Part shown: in pieces, positions 1 to 12,305 of the stretch | Position numbering within the stretch: the stretch's first letter is position 1 | Layout of the letters: every line of letters begins with the position of its first letter | NCBI GenBank assembly: GCA_965112155.1 | Contig: OZ218101.1 | From: Podarcis liolepis | Taxonomy: Eukaryota | DNA length: 64,000 nucleotides | Strand: one strand, 5' to 3' | Notes under the pieces: generated by a model | What the model saw: the letters and a program-made list of their open reading frames with translations, nothing else | Databases searched by the model: none | What the model was told of the DNA's origin: nothing | Program-made: the position numbers and the translations under genes

Positions 1-21
1 ATGCTTTTCCCGGAGTGTGAC

Positions 22-135
22 CCAGCCAGTTGGTAGAGCATGAGACTGTTAATCTCAGGGTTGTGGGTTTGAGCAACACACTGAGCAAAGTTTTCTTGCA
101 CTGCACGGTCCGTTCCAACTCTATGATTCTATGAA
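22..135 (+). mobile_element. Degenerate tRNA-derived SINE with CR1-type tail
   Basis: tRNA-Lys-like head (AGTTGGTAGAGCATGAGACTGTTAATCTCAGGGTTGTGGGTTTGAG) followed by TTCCAACTCTATGATTCTATGA, the same tail as the CR1 at 27270-27298. Confidence 0.7.
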
Positions 136-691
136 TTCAATAATTCTACCAGATGAAACAGCCATACTTTTTTCCCTATTGAATTCATATTGTTTTATGA
201 TAATTTTATGTTGTACACCGCTTCCTTTATTAACATTAAAAGAAATTTCAAAGTGGTTTACAGAAGTAAAAGCAATTTGTGATTCCTGCAAAAACAGATA
301 TGGAATTAAATCCTTTCCTCCTGTGCTTGATGTGTGGGGAAAAGGGCAGAGAAAAGAGTCCATTTTCTGTCTCTGTTAAAGCACACTTTGAGGAAGAGTA
401 GGGAGGGATCAGGGGCAAGCTCACAGCTTTTGTGATAAACTTGGAGAGGCCTACCTCACACTGTGAGGACCCTAGCTATCCATAGTTCCTTGCTTAAGAC
501 GTTCACTTACATTTTTACTTTAATAGCTCTGATTTTTCTCCTTTCATGTGCATAGAAATCCCATCTCAAATATCAACATGGTGCCATCTCAGTTTTCAAT
601 GTTTTTCAATTCCCCCCCCCCAACTCCATTGTTCTCATCAAACTTCTGTCTTATTCCCCCACTCCTCCTCTGGTCATCTTTCAGTCTACTT

Positions 692-1514
692 TGTTTAGTC
701 ATTTAGTCATGTCCGAATCTTCGTGACCCCATGGACCAGAGCACGCCAGGCACTCCAGTCTTCCACTGCCTCCCGCAGCTTGGTCAAACTCATGTTGGTA
801 GCTTCGAGAACACTGTCCAAACATCTTGTCCTCTGTCGTCCCCTTCTCCTCGTGCCCTCCATATTTCCCAGCATCAGGGTCTTTTCCAGGGAGTCTTCTC
901 TTCTCATGAGGTGGCCGAAGTATTGTAGCCTCAGCTTCACAATCTGTCCTTCCAGTGAGCACTCAGGGCTAATTTCCTTAAGAATGGAGAGGTTTGATCT
1001 CCTTGCAGTCCATGGGACTCTCAAGAGTCTCCTCCAGCACCAGAATTCAAAAGCCTCAATTCCTTTGGCGATCAGCCTTCTTTATGGTCCAGTTCTTACT
1101 TCCATACATCATTACTGGGAAAACCATAGCTTTAACGATATGGACCTTTGTTGGCAAGATGATGTCTCTGCTTTTTAAGATGCTGTCTAGGTTTGTCATT
1201 CCTTTTCTCCCAAGAAGCAGGCATCTTTTAATTTCATGACTGCTGTCACCATCTGCAGTTATCATGGAGCCCAAGAAAGTAAAATCTCTCACTGCCTCCA
1301 TTTCTTCCCCTTCTATTTGCCAGGAGGTGATGGGACCTGTGGCCATTATCTTGGGGTTTTTTGATGTTGAGCTTCAGACCATATTTTGCACTCTCCTCTT
1401 TCAACTTCATTAAAAGGTTCTTTAATTCCTCCTCCTTTCTGCCATCAAGGTTGTGTCATCTGCATATCTGAGGTTGTTGATATGCAGATGACACAACCTT
1501 GATGGCAGAAAGTG
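692..1514 (-). mobile_element. BovB (RTE clade) LINE, 5'-truncated and frameshifted
   Basis: Minus-strand ORFs 1056-1346 (MATGPITSWQIEGEEMEAVRDFTFLGSMITADGDSSHEIKRCLLLGRK) and 707-1024 (VPWTARRSN..LKEISPECSLEG..LGNMEGTRRRGRQRTR) are typical BovB; RT YADD near 1455-1467; possible 6-bp TSD CTACTT (686-691 / 1517-1522). Confidence 0.95.
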
Positions 1515-1869
1515 TACTACTTGCACCTAAATTTGTGCCTGTTCACCCACAGAGCTGGTCCTAGACTGTTAAGGAGAGTGAGGCTGCCTCCTCGGGCCAC
1601 AGACTTTGGATGCCATGAGGGTGAGAGGGAGTTGTGAGTTTTTTCTGCGTCAGTGACAAAACAACTTGACTGTCCTCAGACACTATGCACCTTGACTGGA
1701 GTGTGGACGCCATTTGCTGCTCCAGCTCAGGTGGAAAAGTTTCTTAGGCCAATCCAGTTCATTGCATGACTGTTCCAACCCCTTCACTCCTTGTGCTGAC
1801 TCAAACACAGTCAACTTTTAGTGTTTAAGCTCCTGGCAGCAGGGACCTACATGCTCCTTTCTTCCCTTT

Positions 1870-2830
1870 ATAAAATACAATGTACATTCAGACAAACCAT
1901 TTTAATTAACTCTAGAATGAAAATATTTGATATTGACTCAAGTAAAAGAAAACATCTGGATATTCATAAGCAGAAACTGGACTGCCTAAGGAGCCCATAT
2001 TTCTTGGTACAATAGGAGTCTAAAATCTAAATAACAAACAACTGAAATTAATTAAAATCAGTCCCACAGAAATTTGGAAAACAAGGCAAATATGCCACTA
2101 AACATGCCACAAAAAGGAGTAGAGGAAACGTACTGATGGGAGATGTGCTTTGGATCAGATGCCTCCCAATGAAAACACCGAATGGTTTCCTAAAATAGCT
2201 GCTAAAAGTATGGCAGCAGTGATATGGAAATGAAGATATAAGCAAATAAGTTAGTAGATACAGCCGTCAAAAAGACCCAATTTTTAAAAAGCGATGGAAA
2301 CATAAAATACAGAATTATTGGTGGAAACACAAAGAAATTTATATTTCACCCACTTTTTTCAGGGACTAAGAAAGATTATATTTCTCTGTACTGGTCAGAT
2401 ATGTTCAGTTTACCTAGCAGTCCCTTTAGGCCAAAAAACTTTCATCTGATTGCCAACGATATTCAAAATTCAAACTTAAATTATTGTCCAGAGAATAAAC
2501 AATAACTGGATCACCAGGAACAGAATTATACTGTTGTCCAGATCAATTTACTATTGATCCTGTAATCATGAACAATGCAATCATGGAGAAATGCAATCTT
2601 TTGTTAACATAATATTGATTGCAAGACAGTCTTTGATCCCTTGCCACATTCTTGGCTACTTCATGTACCAAATGGATCTTATTATTGTAGCACTGGTAGA
2701 AATAGCAAAATATGAAACTGGACATGAAATCAAATCAAGACGGGCATCAAGAGGAGGATTCCATGAATCCAATGACAGTAAAAATACTACACACAAACAA
2801 CATTTTTTATTTACTGGACTCAACAGCCTC
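1870..2830 (+). pseudogene. Candidate degenerate viral envelope/class I fusion glycoprotein relic
   Basis: Manual translation across frameshifts gives NLNYCPENKQ/ITGSPGTELYCCPDQFTIDPVIMNNAIMEKCNLLLT/NIDCKTVFDPLPHSWLLHVPNGSYYCSTG; Cys spacing and NGSY motif resemble foamy Env TM and paramyxovirus F. Not database-verified. Confidence 0.35.
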
Positions 2831-3272
2831 TAACAACCACAAATACATTTTCAGTAAAAATGTAAGCATGTCTTGAAAAATGTGCAGCTCTTTCCATAAT
2901 TAAAAAGAAAAGCGAAGATCCTCTATAACAAGAACATCTGGTAAACGTTGGGATATACAGTACCTACATTCAGTTGTAATTGTTACAAGTACCTGGGGAT
3001 CAGTCACAGCAAAAAGCCCAGCCAAGTTTATTCATAGAGTTAGATCTTCTCTAACAACTCTGGAGAGAGCGGAAGAGTCATTAAACTTTTTGTGTCAGTC
3101 TTGTACAACTCAATGTTCCAAATGTTCCTCAACCTTGATGGTGAGAATTGTTATATGAGTCCCTGCCAGGGAAAAGGATAGGATATAAATAAGTATAATA
3201 AATATAACTACGACTATACGGGACTCCCTGAAAAGCAGTGGTCAAGGCTCCTCAAAACTTCACTCCTCTTAC

Positions 3273-3310
3273 CTGAGTGATGAATCTTTCCAGTCGACAT
3301 AGCATTAAAA
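3273..3310 (-). other. Candidate 38-nt exon of an unidentified minus-strand transcript
   Basis: Acceptor ttctttctttccag, donor CAG|gtaaga; open in two frames (LMLCRLERFITQ or FNAMSTGKIHHS). Confidence 0.45.
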
Positions 3311-3366
3311 CTGGAAAGAAAGAACTGGAACATGAAAATCAAAATTCCTGCATGGGAAACACCAAA

Positions 3367-3413
<47 letters not shown>
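3367..3413. repeat. (TAT)n microsatellite
   Basis: Direct inspection. Confidence 0.95.
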
Positions 3414-3417
<4 letters not shown>

Positions 3418-3566
3418 CAGCCTCTTCAGCAAAATGGCTCAAAAGCAATACCTTCAGTATTACTGCTATTCAATACTGTATTATTCACACTGTGTGGCAT
3501 CAGGAGCAGGACTCCGCTTTATAACTGTTTCCGATGTCATGTGTTCTTCTTTCACTTAACCCCATA

Positions 3567-4035
3567 CAACAACAACAACAACAACAACAACAACATATTT
3601 GTACCCTGCCCATCTGACTAGGTTGACCCAGCCACTCTGGGCTGCTTCTAACAAATATAAAAGCATAATAAAACATCGAACATGTGCCACTACCGAGAAG
3701 GCCCTCTGCCTGGTTCCCTGCAACCTCACTTCTCTCAATGAGGGAACCGCTAGAAGGCCCTTGGAGCTGGACCTCAGTGTCCGGGCTGAACGATGGAGGT
3801 GGAGACACTCCTTCAGGTCTACTGGGCCAAGGCCGTTTAGGGCTTAAAAGGTCAGCACCAACACTTTGAATTGTGCTCGGAAACACTGGGAGCCGATGAA
3901 GATCTTTCAGGACCGGTGTTATATGGTCCCGGCAGCCACTCCCAGTCACCAGTCTAGCTGCCACATTTTGGGCTAGTTGTTGTTTTCAAGTCACCTTCAA
4001 AGGTAGCCCCACGTAGAGTGCATTGCGGTAGCCAA
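3567..4035 (-). mobile_element. L2 LINE 3' fragment with microsatellite tail
   Basis: Minus translation AARLVTGSGCRDHITPVLKDLHRLPV and LQGTRQRAFSVVA; squamate L2 tail (GAAGCAGCCCAGAGTGGCTGGG..AGATGGGCAGGGTA); (AAC)n at 3567-3593. Confidence 0.9.
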
Positions 4036-4254
4036 TAATACAACCCATAATAGATGAAAACAAAGAGTCATGGGACAAGGCTAAAAGCATGGCCCCATTC
4101 CTAGCTCTACATATTCTATTTACACATGAGTAATGTGTGAATAAAGGTGACTAAGACCTGTGAAGAAAATACAACAATAAATCAGGAACCTTAGAATATT
4201 TAATAAGTGAGTGTCCTGTCTTATTCATGATATAAAATATGTATTTATTATTAT

Positions 4255-4465
4255 TATTCTATCCCACATTTCCTCCAAAGAGCTTGAGGTGGTGGGCAGA
4301 GTTCTCAGCCCTGCCCCTTCCATTTAAATCTCACTGTGAGGTAGGCTAAGCAGGCTGACTGACTACCCAAGTTCAGCCAGTGAGTTTCATGGCCGAGTGC
4401 AGATTTGAACCCTGGTCTCCCAGGTTCTAGGTCCAAGACTCCAAGCACTACACCACACTGCCTCT
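4255..4465 (-). mobile_element. Old tRNA-derived (MIR-like) SINE
   Basis: Minus strand carries box A/B-like GTGTGGTGTAGTG..GGTTCAAATC; related copies near 35300-35560 and 59080-59240. Confidence 0.6.
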
Positions 4466-6454
4466 CATACTGGGCATGCAGCACCAACCGTACCATTCAA
4501 AACTCCTCCTCCTTATTACAAATATAGCCTAGACCCAATTATTGAGTGTATTTAGATAAACCAATGGCAACAGATAAAACAATAGATTACAGCTGACTGA
4601 AAGGCAGACAACTTCCTCCCCAGCAACTGCTATAATATACATTGCAATATTTTGCTCACATTGAGGAAATACAGTTAATAAAAAGCCAAAAATAAAACAC
4701 AGCCTTGGATATAAATTGTGTCTGGAAATATAAAATGATTAATATACAATGCCATCCCTCTTAATATCAACAACAGAAGTAGTTATACATACATTTTTTT
4801 AAAAAAAAGCACTGAAGAAAGCACATGCCACCCCTCCTTTTTAGCACAATTCAAAAACATGGCATTCTCCAGTCTTGCCAGCAAATCCCTAAACAATGAT
4901 GGATTGACACTCTTCACAGAATGAGTCTTGGGATATCACATCGCCACTGAACAAGCACCAGAAATGTGGAGAAGAAAGAGGATGTTGTAATTGTTGTGGT
5001 TTTATAAGAATCCCTTTCGATTACTTCCCATCGTTTTCTCTTATGAATGTATATTTTCATTGTCTCCACTACAGATAGGCATGCTCTCCGTCACTCATTC
5101 ACTATTGGGGAATTTACTGATTATTCCATTGAATTCCTTGCTGATCATCTGCTCTATTTGCCACTGCCAATGACTCTTTGACTTCTGTAGAAACTGTATA
5201 GCATTTTTATTGTATGGGATTTGTATGTGGGTAAGCTTCAGTGACTTCCTGGATTTTATTTCTTTCTTCGTTTAATGCACCATTAAAGTTATCCAGTCAG
5301 GATTATTCAGTCATCTCTCATTAGAACAAGAGGCTATTGTCAGAAAGGCAGAGGGTTCAAAAGGATCCTATGCTAAGCAGCTTCTCTCAATAATTAATGG
5401 ACACAGTGGTTTTTAACACTATTGTTTTCATACAGGCCATCTCATAAGCCAACTTATCTATGTGAATTTAACAGTCACTGCACAGCCAGCCAGACTAGTG
5501 TGCATGTGCAAGCTGATTTTGCCTCCTGCTAAGGACATTTTACATTCATATGAGACTCAGAATGCACCATCTTTCCATGAGTTTCCTCTTTCAATGGGAA
5601 ACAATACTTTTTGCAAGCTTTCCGCATAGTCTATCAATCAATCCAATTTACATTTATAAAGTGGCCTTCCTGTGAGCACCCCTAGGCACTGTGAACAACT
5701 AATTTAAACGCAGATACAATAAATATTTAAAAGACTCCAAAAGCCAGAGAGCTGGTTATAATTTTCAGCCTCACAGAGAGGCAGTAATGCCAAAAGGATA
5801 TGTGTGCATATTAGGGCCTATCCTGAAATGTTCACTGTACTTTAGCATCATAAAATACCAATTTCCAATTATTTTTCAGCATTTTTAAAGCAATGTTCAC
5901 CTCTCCATTCCCATTGCTCTCTCTTTCTCTGCTTTATTGAACCTTCCTGCCCTCATTGATGTCATCACATGCTGCACAGCATTTGAATGCCAATCCAATC
6001 GCTGGCTGGAATTATGCAAGTGACTCAGTCTAGGGCTGTCTCTCTCTTGGCATCATTATGTGGCTAAATCTGATTGGTTACATAATGCAAACGGCAATAT
6101 GGCACTGAAGTCACAGCAGCTAGTTGCACAATTACTCCAAACAGTCCTGGATAATGCAGCAAATGTGATGATATCCCAATAATGTATAATTGATTTGACT
6201 GTGGGATAAAGGCAAGGGCAAATGACAAACAATTGCAGCTGTATATAAATTTACTCAGAAGTCCAGCTGACTTCAGTGACACTTATTCTCAGATAGAACT
6301 GGGTGAATCTGCCAATTTTGGTTTTTCTCTGTTTCTTATTTTTCCAGTTCCACATCAGTCTGCAATTTTTAAAAATTCAGCAGCATTTTAGTGCAATTTC
6401 CTGCTAATTACACATTTTTTTGCATTCTATTTTGCCTAACATACCTTTATTTTT

Positions 6455-6645
6455 AGTGACCAGAGGAGCACGGTGCATCTGCAGCAGCACAACAGGATGC
6501 CTTCATCTGCACCACCTTCAACAAAACATGTCTCTCCCATATCAGTCTCTGTCACAGCAGGCACCGTAGCTCTCTAATGGTTTGACTTTACTCCTGATAG
6601 CACGCTCTTCCATTGTCTCCCAAGACAGACAGATGTCAATGAACA
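6455..6645 (+). mobile_element. RTE-clade LINE 3' end fragment
   Basis: Zinc-knuckle-like degenerate end (FICTTFNKTCLSHISL) and 3' tail CCATTGTCTCCCAAGACAGACAGATG; lies within another old repeat (~6295-6750). Confidence 0.5.
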
Positions 6646-7149
6646 GCAAAATCACACTGCAAAATTCAGAAAAGTGTGACTTTTCTGGAGAGATGTGTTT
6701 CAGGTCTTGTATTGTTTCATAAAGTGCGAACTAGGAATTATCCCATCCCTACTTTCAGGGAAGTGGGTTTAGGATTGTTGTCTATGTGAACAGTTTTACA
6801 AGGAGTACTGGGAAATTGCTCTTGCATATTAAGACTGCCATTCCATCATCCTTGGTTGTTTGGGGGATGGCATTGTTGAAAAAGGCATTCTCTGTGGCAG
6901 CCTCTGAATTGTGAAATGCTTCCTTCACAGAAGTGCATCTGGCATCTTCATTATATAACTTTAACTATATGCTGATGATGCAGCTCCTCACTCTGGGCTG
7001 TGACACATGAGATACATATTTTTAGCATGCACCCTATTTCTTTGAATTCAATTTGTTTTAGCTGATTTCAATACTGTATTTTTTCACTGTGGAAACCTAC
7101 CCTGGGACCTTATTGTGAAGGGTGGGGAAGAAATCTAAAATCTAAAATC

Positions 7150-7193
<44 letters not shown>

Positions 7194-7679
7194 GCAGCAG
7201 AAAGGGAAGTAAATAAATAAATAAGTGTAAGTAGCTTCAGCTCTGCTCTGGAATAAATGAAGTATAACGTCAAGCCCACTAGCAAGAAATTCCCCACAAG
7301 ACATAAAATTTGCTGCACCAAATAAGTCTATAGATCACAATACTAGACATGGTAAGGCTGGAAAATTCAGCTTTCAGTGGAAAGCTAAACACAAGCCAAG
7401 GTAACGGCTGTCACTGGATGGTATGGAAAGACTGCCACCAGTTACAACATTTTAGAATATATTCAGGAAAGAGCTAATCAATAGCAAATCAACTTAACAT
7501 GTTCAGCTAAAGACATCTTGAAGAGATACGTGCTTGAATATCTCATCTGCAATTAAGAAATACATGAAGCTGCTTCACAATCTTTTGGAAGATGTGAGTG
7601 TCATCTAGCTATATGTGAACAGAATACTTACAATTTGGGCAAATGAGAAGTAAGAAGAACTGGATTCAACTAACCCAGC

Positions 7680-7781
7680 AAGCTTTTAATGTTTGATGTT
7701 TTATCGTGTTTTAATATTCTGTTGGAGCCGCCCAGAATGGCTGGGGAAACGCAGCCAGATGGGTGGGGTATAAATAAATAA

Positions 7782-7835
<54 letters not shown>
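7680..7835 (+). mobile_element. L2 3' tail with (TTA)n microsatellite
   Basis: GAGCCGCCCAGAATGGCTGGGGAAACGCAGCCAGATGGGTGGGGTATAAAT then (TTA)n; same tail family as 3600-3680. Confidence 0.8.
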
Positions 7836-7837
<2 letters not shown>

Positions 7838-8041
7838 TTCACAAACATGTCTGTTAATATTTTCTCACACAAATTTCAATAGGCTAATAAAATTGCAGCC
7901 CTCCTTTTTAGAAATTTGCACAATTGTCTCTCTGTATTTAGCACCTGCTGTGATTGAGCAATTCATCATTTTGGCAAAAAAGTCAGTGTTGTACATGCGA
8001 TGACTCAATTCCAACATTAAAATATTGGGAATATTACTTAC

Positions 8042-8051
8042 TGTTCTCCAT
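8042..8051 (-). other. Candidate 10-nt micro-exon (ATGGAGAACA)
   Basis: Acceptor ctcttcttccatttcacag and consensus donor |gtaagt only 10 nt apart. Confidence 0.4.
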
Positions 8052-10968
8052 CTGTGAAATGGAAGAAGAGTTTTGTGAGTCATAGTGGAGTAGACAAAGC
8101 AATACTATTCTCTCATCATAATATTAAACTAAATTACTATTTCATGCATGTGAATTTCCATTTGCCTGGAGAGGAGGGTGTCACAGATAGTGCAGGAATC
8201 CAGTGACAGGATATAATATTATTTGGGTTTGGGGGGGTGTTTTTTTAGAAACTGGAACTTTATTAGCATGTTAGGCAATGCCCAGCCCAGTCATGGAACA
8301 ACAGCAATGTGAAAAAATTCTGTTATTCTTTGAGCATGGGTTTGCCATCCATTGTTTAAAAATCTTTTCAAACAGGCTCAGGGAAGACACACAGCTCTAG
8401 TTTCGTTCTGACTTTTTCTCACTGATTTATTTCCATAATAAAGTTTTCACAGCTATATGCTCCAAAGAGCACCTCAATTAACATATCTTTATCCTGCTAT
8501 TTGATTATTCTCAAATTATAAATTTAAAGAAGCTCTCTTTCACACTTCCCTTCGTTCTCTCATACACACTCACACACTCACACACCCTTTCAGAGTAGAC
8601 AAGCCCTGATGCTGCTGCCAGGCTAAGGTCTGGAAGCATTTCCCCCTGAAAGGCCCATCTGGCTTCTCTGAATCTTCTTGTGAGGAGAAATTCACAGCTT
8701 ACCCCATGGGGAGCTCTGTAGCGCTGTTAACAGCTTTAGAGTAATTTCCTCATTAAGTAATAATGTAACCTGGTCAGGAGCTTTTGCTAAGTGATAACTG
8801 TTTAGCTAGAATTAATTAAGATGTTTAGCTAATCTTTAGTAAAAAGAAAGACAGAATGGTTTAGGAGACAGGGAGTACAACTGAAAGTGTGCTTTAAGAA
8901 CCTAAAAGCCATGTTGGACTGGAGGAAAGGTCCGATATTCAACATCATGCTCTTCTGAATGTTCGTCTGTACAAGCATTGCAGTTTGCCAAATGGAACAA
9001 CCCACCCTTTCCTCTCCCAGCATGCTATTCTGGATGTTTTCATGACACCCTGCCCCCAGGCTAATGTGCAGGAAGCACACTGGGAAAGGAGGGTGAAATC
9101 CCCATTGCAAAAGTGGGTGTTCTCATGCAGACCTTCTGCTGGAAGGCTGTGTTAGGTGAATCCTACCCTATGCTTCTAACACTTGGGGGAAGCATTGAAT
9201 GAGAATACTAGTGGTCAGGGCTGGTTCAAGAAGCCCATAAATTATAGGAGTTGTCCCACTCAAAGGTAGACTTTACAAAGGAGTCTGGTAGATCAGTCCA
9301 AAGGCCAAATTGCTTTCAACACACTCAAACCTTTCAAAACATTTATCCACCTGGGAATTAACAGATTATTTCCTCTTAACCATGCTAGGACAAACATTAG
9401 TGCCTGCCCTGTATTGTATGATCTGTCTGCAACTTCCATCATGGGATCATATTTGAGAGTGTCTGATGCCCCCAAGAGGCTGGTGACCCAGAGGCGATTT
9501 TATGAAAGAAGAAATTGTGTGAGCTGGCACATGGGACATGAACACCCACCATCACAGAAGAGATTTGTATTATCTTGAAGGCTCACTAAAGTGCTTTCAC
9601 AATAGCAGGATTTGTGGGGACGTTTGACGATTTTGAAATGGATGTGCCATATTGCTGACTGCTCTGTGCTATCACTGCTGGTGCTGAGTGCTGCCACAGG
9701 TGTTCATTGTAAACCCAACCTAAATCCTAAGGTTCACCAGCTTCCATCATAAACATAGTGACTCAAGATCCTCCACTGTAAACAGTGATCTGAGATCAAG
9801 GCATTAATGGTAGCTGTGCAATACTTTATCTATGCACCCATAAAGAGAAGGAAAGAGATGGAGAGAATTAGTCATGGCTTCACATCCTTGTGAGACCATT
9901 CTCCAGTGAGACCATTCTGGCCCCCTGGAGGTAAAGAAGGATTTACTACTGTACCTGCAGTCAGTAATACAAAATCGAAGTCATCTATTTAAGCCTGTGT
10001 GCTGACATTTTGGGACTCACAGTACTCAGACTTCTCCTCAGAATCCAAACACTACAGAATTATACTTTAAAAACACCACCTCCCTGGCATTTGAATTCAA
10101 GACTGTTCTTAAAAGCTGAAGTAGCTTTTGTGCCTACAGGGAAACAACTTTCCCCTTCTTCTCTTTCGCTGCCTGTAGTGTACATGCCCAACTTAGTACA
10201 CATTTATTCTTGAAGTCAGAGGGGGGAAATGATATATGGTAGTAATTTTTTAAAAATAAATTGGATCTAAACATTATACAATGGAATGGAATGTACTTGG
10301 GAATATAGTACAGGAGGTGCTTGAATGAAAAGTGTTTTAACAGTGGTGCCACTTATGAATGTAATAAATGAGTGAACCATTCATTTGAGCAGTTGTTTTT
10401 GCCCATTCAAACAACATCTGCACCGGGTCTGAAATTTAGCAGTTTATATCTCCAGCACCCTTGGGAGAGGGTCCCTGCAGAAGACCACATCTCCTCCATG
10501 ATGAAAAAGTCTGTATCTTGCAGAGAAAGACAAGATATTCTATTTCTCTGAGAAATAGAATCTTTTTTTCCTTAAAACAAAAACAAAAAACACAATTGTT
10601 GAGTGGATGAGGCTGAAATGAAACCCTCCTGAAAGCTCAGGGGAAATTGTTACGAAGTTTTAGGCAGCGGGGTACTATTTATCTTACTTAAACTTTCAAT
10701 GCAGTCACGGGTTTCCCAAGTTTTCCTTGCTTTTAAAATGTTTTTAAAGTTCTGCACTGCTCACGTTGGGATAAGGCTCTCTCAACAGCTTTCTCCTGGC
10801 CACCCTTTCAGCAATGCTTTCATGTCATGTCCCTCCCAAGGCATTCCTGGATATGCAGCTAGGAGGAAGCTGTGGTGAAAGCTTTCCCCAGTTGTGAGCT
10901 GTTAAAAAGCAAATGGGAGAATGGAACACGCTCAGTCACCTATCCTGTAAGGTTAAATGAGGTAAACT

Positions 10969-12305
10969 ATATTGTTAGGAAAGCATTGTTTAATGTTTGG
11001 ATAAGATACAAGGATTTATTGGAAAATAAAACCCCAAGGTGGTTGTCACCGATGGAAGCGAAAGCTTTGAAAAGGCTCAATATGGAGGCCAAATGGCCGA
11101 AATATTGGGAAATTTTGGAACAAGAAGGAGACAAATTGAAATTGCAGAGTTTCGAGAAATTAAAAAATAAAGTGAGAGATTGGCTTCATTATTATCAGAT
11201 AATGGAGGCATACAATTTGGATAAGAAAGTTGGCTTCCAGGTGGAAAAATCTAAATTGGAAACAGAACTGTTAGAACCCAAAACCAAGATTTTGTCAAAA
11301 ATGTATAACTTGCTGTTGAAATGGAACACTCAGGATGAGACGGTTAAATCTGTCATGATTAAATGGGCACAAGATGTTGGACATAATATTATGTTTGCTG
11401 ACTGGGAACAGTTGTGGACCAACGGGATGAAATTCACGGCATGCAATGCCTTAAGAGAAAATATTATGAAAATGATATACAGGTGGTACATGACCCCAGT
11501 CAAGCTTGCAAAAATTTATCATTTGCCCGATAACAAATGTTGGAAATGTAAAGAAAATGAAGGTACATTTTTCCACCTTTGGTGGACGTGCCCTAAGATT
11601 AAGGCTTTTTGGGAAATGATTTATAATGAATTGAAAAAGGTATTTAAATATACCTTCTCGAAGAAACCAGAGGCTTTTCTCTTGGGCATGGTTGACCAGT
11701 TGGTGTTAAAAAAAGGATAGAACTTTCTTTATGTATGCTACAACAGCAGCAAGAATACTTATTGCAAAGTATTGGAAGATGCAAGACTTGCCCACTTTGG
11801 AAGAATGGCAGATGAAGCTGATTGACTGTATGGGACTGGCAGAAATGACTGGCAGAATCCGTGACCAGGGAGAAGAGTCAGCAGAAGAAGATTGGAAAAA
11901 ATTCAAGGACTATTTACAAAAATACTGTAAAATAAAGGAATGCTGAATGATGTTGGGTTGAAATTAAGTGGTTTCTAGCTGTAATGGTATAAAGGAATAT
12001 GATAAAATTGTTTTCTTTTTATAAGTAAGAATTTAAGGTTATAATAACCTAAGATGTTGGAGAGAAAATAAGGTGTTTTCTTGTTTTTTTCTTTCTTTTA
12101 AGCTGTAATGCTTTGAGATAAGGATTTGCTGCACAAATAATTTGAACTGGATATACAAGAAGGGGAGGTATGAGGAGGTCAGGGAAATATGTTATGAGAA
12201 AATAAGTTGTGAAATTTATGTGTTTTTAACTTTTTTTATGTTTGCTTTTTTCTTTTTGTTTGTAAAAAAATTGGAAACTTTAATAAATATCTTTTTTAAA
12301 AAAAA
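10969..12305 (+). mobile_element. L1/Tx1-like LINE, 5'-truncated: ORF2 C-terminus, 3' UTR and A-tail
   Basis: ORF 10872-11720 with CCHC knuckle CWKC..GTFFHLWWTC, continued by a frameshift in 11731-11946; AATAAA then A-run at ~12282-12305; TSD GAGGTAA(A/G)CT at 10959-10968 / 12306-12315. Confidence 0.92.

Noticed and set aside
22-85. tRNA-Lys-like sequence as a tRNA gene
   Set aside because: Acceptor stem and T-arm are degenerate and it runs into a CR1-type tail, so it is a SINE head.
3277-3621. 114-aa ORF with poly-Leu and poly-Asn
   Set aside because: The runs come from (TAT)n and (AAC)n microsatellites.
10872-11720. Longest ORF (282 aa) as a host gene
   Set aside because: It is the ORF2 C-terminus of a truncated L1/Tx1-like LINE read in from flanking DNA.
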